This document shows, one piece after another, positions 21,773 to 30,989 of a stretch of 64,000 nt of DNA (its first letter is position 1; each line of letters opens with the position of its first letter). The DNA is from Nitrospirota bacterium (GTDB taxonomy: Bacteria > Nitrospirota > JACRHJ01), in assembly GCA_021789495.1 (NCBI GenBank), contig JAJYJM010000002.1:26399-90398 (forward strand), read 5' to 3'. The translations under genes were made by a program, and so were the position numbers. The notes under the pieces are model-generated. The model ran no database searches. It was not told the DNA's origin and worked only from the letters and a program-made list of their open reading frames with translations.

Positions 21773-23740
21773 TCACACCCTGACCGGCATCAGCATGATT
21801 GGTATGCCCTGGTTGTAGAAATAGCGCTGGACGGCGAAGATGGTGTAATTGTGGAGCATCCCCGTGAAGACGCCGGGGTTCGGGAAAACAAGCTGGCCGC
21901 CGAAGAACGTGGAATTCGGGAAGCGATCTATAATCTTCGGGGAGAGCTTCGATATTTCTTCTACGACATCGGTCCCGAACGAGGAGAAGCCTTCGGCGTA
22001 CAGGCCGTGGGTGCGGGCAAGCTTCATGTATTTTTCCAGGTCCTCGCCTACCCGCTTCTTCAGGGCGTCCAGTTCCTGGGTGCCCTTGAACGTGCCCGCG
22101 TCTACCACGCCTATCTCAATAAAAGCGAAGTTCTTGTATACTCCCCCGAACTGGCGGATTACGTTCAGAAAAGTGTGCAGGCCAAGGCCGTTGTAGCCGC
22201 TCACGAGCAGGATTGCCGTCTTCCCCGTCGGATCGAGTCCGGGCGCAGTTCCAGCCGCCCCGGCAGGGGCCTCGTCCAGGCCGTATCCAGCCGCCTCGAC
22301 CAGGGAGTCCAGCCTCTTGAGGAGTTTGGCGGTATTTTGATAATGCTTTCTTATGAGGAACGCAAGTCCGATCAATACGCACGTTATGACTATCGTTATC
22401 CAGCCGCCCTCGGCGAATTTCAGCACTACGACAGTGACGAGTATGAATGAGGTCAGGGAAAACCCGAGCCCATTTATAAACAGCTTCTTACGCCAGTGCT
22501 CCGCCCTGCCCCGTTCAAGCCACCAGTGCCGCACCATGCCGAGCTGTGAGAGCGAGAACGTTATGAAGACGTTAATGGAGTAGAGCACTACGAGGAAATC
22601 AACCGAGCCACTGGCAATCGCCATCATCAAAAAGGCGGCGATTCCCATTATCAGGATGCCCTTTTGTGTTACGAGCCTGTCGGAAAAAGTCGCGAATTTT
22701 GTCGGGAACCACCTGTCGAGAGCCATGTTCGCCAGCACCCTGGGGCCGTCCAGGAAGCCCGTCTGGGCCGCGACAAGGAGCAGGATTGCCTCGGAGATCA
22801 GTGTTACAATCATCAGAACGTACCCACCGGTTCCCCAGCCCTTTGTAATGGATTCGTATAGCACGGCGTTCAACGTCTTGCCGGGCACGTGTTTTACATT
22901 ATAGAGGAGATAGGCGACCATAAGGCCCAGGACCATGAACGAAAGCGAGAAGGCCATGTACCTCATGGTGTGCTTGCCAGTTTTTACCTTCGGCTCCCGG
23001 AGTATGGGCAGGCCGTTTGATACGGCCTCGATGCCGGTATATGTGCCTGCGCCCATGCTGTATGCCCTGAGGATGAGGAATATCATTCCGAATGTCCCCA
23101 GGGCTGTCTGCGTATTGTGTATGTCGGACTTTGTCGCGGCAAACATTGCAGGGAAATCGCCTGCGTTATGCGCGAACGCATAGACTATGAAAAAGACGTG
23201 AGTGACGATGAATACCATGAACAGCGGCACAAGCGGCAGGACGGATTCCTTGACGCCGCGCATATTCATTACGGTCATGAAGAGAAGCGCCGCGAAGGCG
23301 AAGTATAGCTTGTACTGAAGCCAGGCCGCCGGAAGGAAGCTGAAGATATAATCCGCGCCGGAGGCTATGGAAAGCGTAATGGTAAGGACGTAGTCTATCA
23401 GGAGAGCGGAACCGGACAGCATTCCCGCCGTGGGGGACAGGAGTTTTGTCGCCACGAGGTATCCGCCGCCGCCCGTAGGGAAAAGTTCTATTATCTGGGA
23501 GTAGCTGGTGCTGATTATGAATACGGTAATGACGGAGGCGACGGCCACGAATACGGTAAGGTGGACATTGCTCTGGAGGGCGCGAAATGCCTCCTCCGGA
23601 CCGTAGGAGGATGACGAAAGCCCGTCTGCACCCAAACCCACCCAGGCGAAGAAGGCTATAAGGGAGACATTGTGGAAGATGCGCGGGTCGTAAATGTCTC
23701 TCGCGCCGCCGATGACGACTTTCTTGAGCCAGCCGAACAT
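21773..23740 (-). CDS. kimA: APC-superfamily KimA/YdaO-like K+ transporter
   Basis: GADGLSSSSYGPEE, GGGGYLVA, LLIDYVLT and TGIEAVSNG, with a cytoplasmic C-terminal domain. Preceded by a c-di-AMP riboswitch. Confidence 0.8.
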   Translation of the reverse strand: MFGWLKKVVIGGARDIYDPRIFHNVSLIAFFAWVGLGADGLSSSSYGPEEAFRALQSNVHLTVFVAVASVITVFIISTSYSQIIELFPTGGGGYLVATKLLSPTAGMLSGSALLIDYVLTITLSIASGADYIFSFLPAAWLQYKLYFAFAALLFMTVMNMRGVKESVLPLVPLFMVFIVTHVFFIVYAFAHNAGDFPAMFAATKSDIHNTQTALGTFGMIFLILRAYSMGAGTYTGIEAVSNGLPILREPKVKTGKHTMRYMAFSLSFMVLGLMVAYLLYNVKHVPGKTLNAVLYESITKGWGTGGYVLMIVTLISEAILLLVAAQTGFLDGPRVLANMALDRWFPTKFATFSDRLVTQKGILIMGIAAFLMMAIASGSVDFLVVLYSINVFITFSLSQLGMVRHWWLERGRAEHWRKKLFINGLGFSLTSFILVTVVVLKFAEGGWITIVITCVLIGLAFLIRKHYQNTAKLLKRLDSLVEAAGYGLDEAPAGAAGTAPGLDPTGKTAILLVSGYNGLGLHTFLNVIRQFGGVYKNFAFIEIGVVDAGTFKGTQELDALKKRVGEDLEKYMKLARTHGLYAEGFSSFGTDVVEEISKLSPKIIDRFPNSTFFGGQLVFPNPGVFTGMLHNYTIFAVQRYFYNQGIPIMLMPVRV

Positions 23741-23758
23741 GGGACTATTTATACCTCC

Positions 23759-23790
23759 AAAAAAAAAGCCGCCGGGCGAACCGGAGGCTC
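23759..23790 (-). terminator. Intrinsic terminator forming the riboswitch expression platform
   Basis: Minus strand AGCCTCCGG-TTCGC-CCGGCGGCT followed by a long U run, just before the GGAGG RBS. Confidence 0.8.
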
Positions 23791-23837
23791 TTCAAGGACG
23801 CGGACGTGCGCGCCCCATTCTGCCCTGGTTGCTCTCC

Positions 23838-24032
23838 AAATGCCTGCGAGGTTAGCTGCCGGGCTCAGGCTTGGCAGTGCCTTATCCCCTGAGGCGCCCG
23901 ATAAATCAGGCGTCGCAAGAAGAATTCGCCCCGTGAATCCCTGGTTCCCCCGCACCCATTGGCAGGCTTAAGTCACCGAAGGCAAAGTATGACTCGCCGC
24001 CGGTCTACCGGCCCCGCCCGGGTTTAGGCCGC
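23838..24032 (-). ncRNA. c-di-AMP (ydaO/yuaA) riboswitch
   Basis: The minus strand reads GCCUAAACCC...GGGUGCGGGGGAACC...GGGGCGAAU...CCUGAGCCCGGCAGCUAACCUCGCAGGC, matching the ydaO core segments. It lies upstream of a KimA-like gene. Confidence 0.88.
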
Positions 24033-24088
24033 AATCTTGTTTAGCGGAAAGTAAAATAATCCCGTTTTATTTTGTTGTCAAGAAAATT

Positions 24089-24451
24089 TTAAAACGTCAT
24101 AACCTCCCTATCCATAGCGAGGTCTACAAGCGTCTGGGCGCCGGCCATCTCGGCATTTGGGAGCAGGTCCTCCGGCTTGACGCCGAACTGCGCCGCGCAG
24201 GGCGTGCAGACATAAAACTTCTGCCCTGCCTCTACCAGGGAAGCCATGAGGTCCTTAATCGGCGGGAACGCCTTCTGCTCCTTGATAGTCTCCGCAAAGC
24301 CCTTCTTGACCAGGAGCGCCCCCTCGTTTATGGTAAATACTATCACGTCGATGCCGTTCGCGACGGCGGTGTTCGCGATTGAGAGCGCGGCTCCGGCGCG
24401 CTCAGGCGCGTCGAAAGAGTGCGTGGCGACCAAAAGCAGTTTCTTGTCCAT
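24089..24451 (-). CDS. DsrE/DsrF-like family protein
   Basis: 120 aa with PER..A, F...EG.LL and VCTPC. Confidence 0.8.
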   Translation of the reverse strand: MDKKLLLVATHSFDAPERAGAALSIANTAVANGIDVIVFTINEGALLVKKGFAETIKEQKAFPPIKDLMASLVEAGQKFYVCTPCAAQFGVKPEDLLPNAEMAGAQTLVDLAMDREVMTF

Positions 24452-24531
24452 TTTTACACCTCCCGTTGTTCTGGTATCTATAATTTTAGCTTTTTATACA
24501 TTATTATTGGAGATTCTGTCAATAGAAATGG

Positions 24532-24560
24532 TTGACTATCGCCGATATTAAAAATAGAAT
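24532..24560 (+). promoter_or_regulatory. sigma70-type promoter for the trmFO operon
   Basis: TTGACT-N17-TAGAAT. Confidence 0.55.
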
Positions 24561-24568
24561 GAGAGGAT

Positions 24569-25885
24569 ATGCCTGAGAAATTTCTGACTGTAATCGGCGG
24601 AGGGCTTGCAGGGTCGGAGGCGGCCTGGGCGGCGGCAAGGCGCGGGATAAGGGTGCGGCTCTTCGAGATGCGGCCCAATAAAATGACTCCGGCGCACAAG
24701 ACTGGGCTCCTGGCCGAGTTGGTATGCTCGAACTCTCTGCGCTCCTCCGACCTGCATAACGCCGTAGGTCTCCTAAAGGAGGAGATGCGGCGGATGGGAT
24801 CGCTCGTGATGGAGGCGGCGGACAAGACCGCAGTCCCCGCCGGGAGCGCCCTGGCCGTTGACAGGGAGGCCTTCGCCGCATATATCACCGGCGCGATTGA
24901 GGCTCACCCGAATATAGAAGTAATCCGCGAAGAGATAATCGCGGTTCCGGAGCCTGTGGCGGTAATCGCTACCGGGCCGCTCACATCGGACAAAATGGCA
25001 GGCGCAATCGGCGCCATGACCGGGGCGGAGCACCTGCATTTCTACGACGCCATCGCGCCCATAATCGACGCGGACTCCGTGGACATGAGCATTGCCTTCC
25101 GCGCCTCGCGCTACGGAAAGGGCGGAGACGATTACGTCAACTGCCCGATGACGAAGGAAGAATACGACGCTTTCTACGACGCCCTGACGGGCGCGGAAAA
25201 GGCCCCGGTGCGCCAGTTCGAGAGCATGCGGTGCTTCGAGGGATGCATGCCCATAGAGACAATGGCGGAGCGCGGACGCGAGACGCTCACGCACGGCCCC
25301 ATGAAGCCCGTGGGGATAACAGACCCAAAAACAGGCGCGAGACCTTACGCCGTGGTTCAGCTGAGGCGGGAAGACGCCGAGGGGACGGCGTATAATATAG
25401 TCGGGTTCCAGACGAGGCTCAAATGGCCGGAGCAGGGGCGGGTCTTCCGCATGATTCCGGGGCTTGGGGACGTGAAATTTTTAAGGTACGGGAGTCTGCA
25501 CCGGAACACTTTCATAAACGGGCCGATGTTCCTTGAGCCGACTCTTGAGATTAAGGGTCGCCTCGGCCTTTTCATGGCAGGCCAGGCGTCGGGCGTGGAA
25601 GGCTATGTCGAGTCGTCTGCAACGGGGATACTGGTAGGGATTAATGCAGCGCGTATTATCAAGGGCTTGCCGCCGCTTGCGCCGCCGGATACGACTGCGC
25701 ACGGCGCGCTCGTTACCCACCTAACGAAGACCGATCCGGCCCGCTTCCAGCCGACGAACGTGATATTCTCCCTGTTCCCGCCGCTTGGCAGAAAGGTGCG
25801 GAAAAAGGATGAGCGGCGCGAGTTTCTGGCCGCGAGGGCGCTTGAGGACATTGAGTCCTGGAAATCGAGGCTGGAGAATGGCTGA
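24569..25885 (+). CDS. trmFO: Methylenetetrahydrofolate--tRNA-(uracil-5-)-methyltransferase
   Basis: [29 protein letters not shown] and GVEGYVES. Confidence 0.97.
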   Translation: MPEKFLTVIGGGLAGSEAAWAAARRGIRVRLFEMRPNKMTPAHKTGLLAELVCSNSLRSSDLHNAVGLLKEEMRRMGSLVMEAADKTAVPAGSALAVDREAFAAYITGAIEAHPNIEVIREEIIAVPEPVAVIATGPLTSDKMAGAIGAMTGAEHLHFYDAIAPIIDADSVDMSIAFRASRYGKGGDDYVNCPMTKEEYDAFYDALTGAEKAPVRQFESMRCFEGCMPIETMAERGRETLTHGPMKPVGITDPKTGARPYAVVQLRREDAEGTAYNIVGFQTRLKWPEQGRVFRMIPGLGDVKFLRYGSLHRNTFINGPMFLEPTLEIKGRLGLFMAGQASGVEGYVESSATGILVGINAARIIKGLPPLAPPDTTAHGALVTHLTKTDPARFQPTNVIFSLFPPLGRKVRKKDERREFLAARALEDIESWKSRLENG

Positions 25886-26798
25886 TTATCTTTCGGAATT
25901 TCTTGACTATATGCGCTACGAGAAAGGCGCCTCCGGGAATACGCTCGTCGGCTACGGGAACGATATCAGGCAGTTCGCGGAATATCTGAAAGGGCCGGGC
26001 GAGCCGGTTGACCGGCGTCGGGCCGAGCCGGACTTGCTGAAGGCGGATAACCTCGACATCCGGGGGTTCCTGGCGCACCTGGTGAAGCGCGGAATAAAAA
26101 AATCTTCCGCGCAGAGAAAGGTTGCATCGATAAGAAGCCTGTATCGCTACCTGTTCAGGGAAGGTCTTGTCGAGAAGAATCCGGCGAAACTTGTCGCTAC
26201 GCCGAAGAGAGAAAAATCCCAGCCGATTGCCCTCTCGGTGGACGACGCGGTGATGCTGGTGGAGGCGCCGGGCGGCGACAAACTGGAAGGCCTGCGGGAC
26301 AGGGCAATACTTGAAGTCTTTTACTCGGCGGGCATCCGCATATCGGAGCTTGCGGGCCTTGACCGCGAGCAGGCAGACCTGACTCAGGGGCTGGCAAAGG
26401 TAACGGGAAAGGGGAACAAGGAGCGGTTCGTGCCGCTTGGCAGGAAGGCGGTGGAGGCCATATTGGATTATATCGCTGCGGCGAATTCGGCGAAAAAGAC
26501 CCCGGCGCATTCCCCATGTCCGATGTTCCTGAACAACAGGGGTGAAAGGTTAAGCGTCCGGAGTATTCGCCGCGTGGTTATGAAATACGTGCGCGAGAAA
26601 CGTATTCCTGGAAACGTGTCCCCGCATACGCTAAGGCATACCTTCGCCACGCACCTTTTGGGAGCGGGCGCGGACCTGCGGTCGATACAGGAGATGCTCG
26701 GACACGTCTCGCTCTCCACGACGCAGAAGTATACGCACCTGGACATGGAAAGGCTCATGGAGGTCTACGACAAGGCCCATCCCAGGGCGAAAGGATAG
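25878..26798 (+). CDS. xerC: Tyrosine recombinase XerC
   Basis: RDRAILE...[27 protein letters not shown] and [11 protein letters not shown]. Located between trmFO and hslV. Confidence 0.92.
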   Translation: MADYLSEFLDYMRYEKGASGNTLVGYGNDIRQFAEYLKGPGEPVDRRRAEPDLLKADNLDIRGFLAHLVKRGIKKSSAQRKVASIRSLYRYLFREGLVEKNPAKLVATPKREKSQPIALSVDDAVMLVEAPGGDKLEGLRDRAILEVFYSAGIRISELAGLDREQADLTQGLAKVTGKGNKERFVPLGRKAVEAILDYIAAANSAKKTPAHSPCPMFLNNRGERLSVRSIRRVVMKYVREKRIPGNVSPHTLRHTFATHLLGAGADLRSIQEMLGHVSLSTTQKYTHLDMERLMEVYDKAHPRAKG

Positions 26799-26800
26799 AA

Positions 26801-27334
26801 ATGGAAAACATTCACGGAACCACAATCCTCTGTGTCCGCAAGGACGGCCATGTTTCCATAGGGGGAGACGGGCAGGTCACTATGGGCGCAACGGTTATGA
26901 AACACAACGCGAAGAAGATTCGTAAGCTGTATAATAATACGATACTGGCCGGGTTCGCGGGCGCGACCGCGGACGCCTTCACGCTTATCGAGAAGTTCGA
27001 GGGCAAGATAGAAGAATACCACGGCAACATTGCGCGCGCGGCGGTAGAGCTTGCGAAGGAGTGGAGGACGAACAAGATGCTCCGGCAGTTGGAGGCGCTT
27101 TTGATTGTCGCGGACAAGGAGCATACCTTCATCATCTCCGGGACGGGCGACGTCATAGAGCCGGAGGACGGCATCGCCGCGATAGGTTCCGGAGGGGCGT
27201 ACGCCCAGGCCGCGGCCCAGGCGCTGATTAAGCATTCGTCCCTCGATGCGAAGGCGGTAGTGAAGGAGTCCATGGAGATTGCGTCGGGGATTTGCATATA
27301 CACGAACTCGAACATTATGATAGAGGAGTTATAG
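26801..27334 (+). CDS. hslV: ATP-dependent protease peptidase subunit
   Basis: [20 protein letters not shown] and IGSGG. Confidence 0.97.
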   Translation: MENIHGTTILCVRKDGHVSIGGDGQVTMGATVMKHNAKKIRKLYNNTILAGFAGATADAFTLIEKFEGKIEEYHGNIARAAVELAKEWRTNKMLRQLEALLIVADKEHTFIISGTGDVIEPEDGIAAIGSGGAYAQAAAQALIKHSSLDAKAVVKESMEIASGICIYTNSNIMIEEL

Positions 27335-27336
27335 AA

Positions 27337-28722
27337 ATGCGGGAGCTTACACCCAGGGAAGTAGTCGCCGAGCTGGATAAATATATAATCGGCCAGAATA
27401 ACGCTAAACGCGCCGTGGCCGTCGCGCTTCGGACGAGATGGCGCAGGCAGCGCCTGCCGGAGGAACTGAGAGACGAGGTGGTGCCGAAAAATATTATAAT
27501 GATAGGCTCCACGGGGGTCGGAAAGACCGAGATTGCCAGGCGACTGGCGAAGCTTGTGGACGCGCCTTTTGTAAAGGTGGAGGCCTCGAAGTTCACGGAG
27601 GTCGGCTATGTCGGGCGGGATGTCGAATCCATCGTCCGGGACATCACGGAGCAGTCCGTCGCGATGGTGCGCTCCGAGCATTCGGAGGCAGTCATGGAGC
27701 GTGCGCGCGCCGCGGCTGAGGAGCGGGTGCTTGACGCGCTCCTGCCGAGACGCAGGGGACCGGTAGACCGGATACAGGCACATGAGCAACCGGAGGAAGA
27801 GCCTGTGGACTGGATGCACGAGAGCTACGAGGCCGAAAGTCCGACCAGGGAGAAATTCCGGAAGATGTTAAGAGGCGGCAAGCTCGATGACCGCACCGTC
27901 GAACTTGAGGTCAGGGAGAAAGGCGGGATGCCGCTCGGAGTCATCTCCAACATCGGAATGGAGGAACTGGAGATAAGCCTTAAGGAGATGATGGGGAACA
28001 TGTTCCCTGAGAAGACAAAGAGAAGAAGCCTTAAGGTCCCGGAGGCGATGAAGGTCCTGACGCAGGAGGAGGCGTCCAAGCTCATAGACATGGACAAGGT
28101 GGCGAGAGAGGCCATATCGCGCGTGGAGCAGTCGGGCATCGTTTTCGTGGACGAGATAGACAAGGTGGCCGGCAGAGAATCGGGAGGAGGAGGCGGGCCG
28201 GACGTATCGCGTGAAGGCGTGCAGAGAGACCTGCTCCCGATAATCGAAGGCTCGACGGTCAACACGAAGCATGGGCCGGTGCATACGGACCATATCCTGT
28301 TCATCGCAGCCGGAGCGTTCCATGTGGCGAAGCCCTCGGACCTCATCCCGGAGCTCCAGGGCCGTTTCCCCATACGCGTGGAGCTGGACAACCTGACGGA
28401 AGGCGATTTCGTGAGGATACTCACCGAGCCGAAAAACGCCCTGATACGCCAGTATGTCGGGCTTCTCGGCACGGAGGGGCTGGACGTGGAGTTCATGGAC
28501 GACGCCATACGCGAGATTGCGAGGATTGCGGCGTCCGTCAACAGCCGCACCGAGAATATCGGGGCGAGACGTTTGTATACCGTGATGGAGAGGCTCCTCG
28601 AAGAGGTGAGCTTCCACGCCCCCGACGCGGTGCAGAAGAATATCAGGGTGAACGCGGAATATGTGCGGAAGCAGTTAATCGACATTACCAAAGACGAGGA
28701 CTTGAGCAGGTTCATCTTATAA
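27337..28722 (+). CDS. hslU: ATP-dependent protease ATPase subunit
   Basis: [33 protein letters not shown] and DLSRFIL. Confidence 0.97.
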   Translation: MRELTPREVVAELDKYIIGQNNAKRAVAVALRTRWRRQRLPEELRDEVVPKNIIMIGSTGVGKTEIARRLAKLVDAPFVKVEASKFTEVGYVGRDVESIVRDITEQSVAMVRSEHSEAVMERARAAAEERVLDALLPRRRGPVDRIQAHEQPEEEPVDWMHESYEAESPTREKFRKMLRGGKLDDRTVELEVREKGGMPLGVISNIGMEELEISLKEMMGNMFPEKTKRRSLKVPEAMKVLTQEEASKLIDMDKVAREAISRVEQSGIVFVDEIDKVAGRESGGGGGPDVSREGVQRDLLPIIEGSTVNTKHGPVHTDHILFIAAGAFHVAKPSDLIPELQGRFPIRVELDNLTEGDFVRILTEPKNALIRQYVGLLGTEGLDVEFMDDAIREIARIAASVNSRTENIGARRLYTVMERLLEEVSFHAPDAVQKNIRVNAEYVRKQLIDITKDEDLSRFIL

Positions 28723-28736
28723 TTCGCGAGGGCGTT

Positions 28737-29633
28737 ATGAAAGAGTTTATCAGAGAAGCAGGAGTTAAAGCAGGAATTCTGATGGAAGCTCTACCTTACA
28801 TTGAAGAATTCAAAGGCAAAAGATTCGTTATTAAATATGGCGGCAATGCGATGATAGACGATAAACTGAAAGAATCGTTTGCCAGGGATATAGTTTTGAT
28901 GAATCATATTGGGATAAAAATTATAATCGTTCACGGTGGCGGGCCGGAAATATCTTCCACCATGAAGAAGATGGGGCTTAAGCCGAAGTTTGTGGAAGGT
29001 TACCGGGTAACGGACGCTGAAACCATGGACATAGTCGAGATGGTTTTAGGTTTTATTAACAAGGGAATCGTTACCCTTATTAACTCATCTTCAAAAGAAT
29101 GGCAGGCAGTCGGTCTAACCGGCAAGGATGGCGGGCTTATAATAGCTAAGAAAAAATTAATTTCCAAAACATCCTCAGGCAAGGGTCCATCAGAAAAAAT
29201 AGATATCGGATTGGTTGGCGAGGTTGCTTCGGTAAATACGCGTGTGCTTACCACGCTCGACGAAAAAGGCTTTATACCCGTCATCGCCCCAGTTGGCATG
29301 GGTGAGAATGGCGAGACATACAACATAAACGCAGATCTTGTCGCGGGTGCGGTGGCGGCTGAAGTCTCTGCGGCAAAACTCGTTATGCTAACGGATACAG
29401 AAGGGATTAAAGACGCCGACGGACAGTTGCTGCCGGCGCTCACAAAGGCTCAAGCAAAAAATATGATAAAGAAGAACGTAATCTCCGGCGGAATGCTCCC
29501 GAAGGTGGCGGCCTGTTTCGACGCCCTCGGCGGCAAGGTCGGCAAGGTGCATGTCGTGGACGGACGCGTCCCGCACGCGCTCCTCTTGGAGATATTTACG
29601 GACAAGGGCATCGGGACGGAAATATCTATGTAG
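28737..29633 (+). CDS. argB: Acetylglutamate kinase
   Basis: EALPYI, IKYGGNAM, VHGGGP, YNINAD, GGMLPK and EIFTDKGIGT. Confidence 0.96.
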   Translation: MKEFIREAGVKAGILMEALPYIEEFKGKRFVIKYGGNAMIDDKLKESFARDIVLMNHIGIKIIIVHGGGPEISSTMKKMGLKPKFVEGYRVTDAETMDIVEMVLGFINKGIVTLINSSSKEWQAVGLTGKDGGLIIAKKKLISKTSSGKGPSEKIDIGLVGEVASVNTRVLTTLDEKGFIPVIAPVGMGENGETYNINADLVAGAVAAEVSAAKLVMLTDTEGIKDADGQLLPALTKAQAKNMIKKNVISGGMLPKVAACFDALGGKVGKVHVVDGRVPHALLLEIFTDKGIGTEISM

Positions 29634-29657
29634 CAAGCACCGTCATTTGGAGGGTCA

Positions 29658-30419
29658 ATGAAAAAGCCTGCCAAGATAGTGTTAGGTATTTTGAGCTTCA
29701 TGCCTATATTTCTTTTTGCCCTCTTTTTCCTCTCTTTCTTTTACATGATGATTAACGCGCCACAGATGCATCCGGCGTTTGGTCCGTGCAATGCGCACAG
29801 GCCGGGGCCGCCTCCCGAATTCTTCCTCATTTTTGTCTTTGAAATACTTATGTTCCTGTTCAACTTCGGCATGATCATCTTTTACGTCATCCATCTTTTA
29901 AGCAGCTCGGTCGCGTCAACTTCGGAGAAAATAGCCTGGACCCTGCTCCTTCTTTTCCTGAACTTCCTGGCGTTTCCCGTTTACTGGTATCTTTATATAT
30001 GGAAGGAGCCGAAACCGGCGGCCCCGCCGGAGAAGTTCGAGAGCGGGAAAATCTACTGCCAAAAGTGCGGCATGCAGCAGGATTACAACAACTACGCCTG
30101 TTCGGCGTGCGGATTCATACTCCATCATGCGCCCGAGGCCGGCTCGAGATATGAGCCCATAGGCGCCATAATCCCATATAAGAATAAAAGCGCGCTCATC
30201 GGTTATTATCTCGGGGTGTTCTCTTTGATACCGTTCGTGGGCATAGTGCTCGGAGCCTTGGCCTTTATTTTCGGCCTGAAGGGGAGGCGCCTTGCGATAG
30301 AACATCCCGAGGTCAGGGGGAGCGTCCATGCCTGGATAGGAATAATACTGGGCGGTCTTTGCTTCCTGGGCTATTCCCTGTTGTCGGTTTATGTATGGTC
30401 GCGTTTTCAAGGGCTTTAA
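29658..30419 (+). CDS. Membrane protein with zinc ribbon and C-terminal DUF4190-like domain
   Basis: N-terminal TM helices, YCQKCG..CSACG, and IPYKN..AL.GYYLG...G.VHAWIGI. Confidence 0.7.
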   Translation: MKKPAKIVLGILSFMPIFLFALFFLSFFYMMINAPQMHPAFGPCNAHRPGPPPEFFLIFVFEILMFLFNFGMIIFYVIHLLSSSVASTSEKIAWTLLLLFLNFLAFPVYWYLYIWKEPKPAAPPEKFESGKIYCQKCGMQQDYNNYACSACGFILHHAPEAGSRYEPIGAIIPYKNKSALIGYYLGVFSLIPFVGIVLGALAFIFGLKGRRLAIEHPEVRGSVHAWIGIILGGLCFLGYSLLSVYVWSRFQGL

Positions 30420-30436
30420 AAAATTCCCCTCTTTCC

Positions 30437-30465
30437 TTGACAGATTGCCCCCGCCCGGTTATACT
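30437..30465 (+). promoter_or_regulatory. sigma70 promoter upstream of yqeY-mutS2
   Basis: TTGACA-N17-TATACT. Confidence 0.65.
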
Positions 30466-30542
30466 TCAACCCCAAACTCGTAATGCCATGCCACCCCGTA
30501 AGGCTGTTTTCCGTGAATATTCAAGACCATCGCGAGGCTAAA

Positions 30543-30989
30543 ATGACCCTGAAAGAGAGATTGAACTCGGATATGAAGGAGGCGCTCAAGGCCCACGACG
30601 CAGCCCGGCTCTCCGCAATAAGGATGATTATCTCCGCCTACAGGAACAAGGAGATAGATTCGCGCAAAGACTTAGACGACGAAGGGATGCTCTCTGTGCT
30701 CTCCACGGCGGCGAAGCAGCGCCGGGAGTCCATAGAGCAGTACGGGAAGGCCGGGCGGAAGGACCTGGTGGACAAGGAGACAGCGGAGCTAGAGGTCATC
30801 CAGTCCTACATGCCAAAACAAATGAGCAAGGAGGAGATAGAGGCGCTGGTAAAGGAAGCGGTTGCCGAGTCCGGGGCGAAGGGGCCTTCCGATATGGGCA
30901 AGGCAATGAAGATACTTATGCCGAAGGTCAAGGGCCGCGCGGACGGAAAGCTTGTTAATGAGCTTGTGAAGGTGGCCTTGGGCGGCTGA
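30543..30989 (+). CDS. GatB/YqeY domain protein
   Basis: MTLKERLNSDMKEALK, KQRRESIEQY and DMGKAM...GRADGK. Confidence 0.93.
   Translation: MTLKERLNSDMKEALKAHDAARLSAIRMIISAYRNKEIDSRKDLDDEGMLSVLSTAAKQRRESIEQYGKAGRKDLVDKETAELEVIQSYMPKQMSKEEIEALVKEAVAESGAKGPSDMGKAMKILMPKVKGRADGKLVNELVKVALGG

Noticed and set aside
21525-21775. Open frame continuing past the kimA TGA (readthrough or selenocysteine)
   Set aside because: The extension is not protein-like, kimA ends at a plausible C-terminus, and no convincing SECIS was seen.
25878-26798. Tyrosine recombinase as a prophage or integron integrase
   Set aside because: It lies in the housekeeping trmFO-xerC-hslVU context, with no att sites or cargo.
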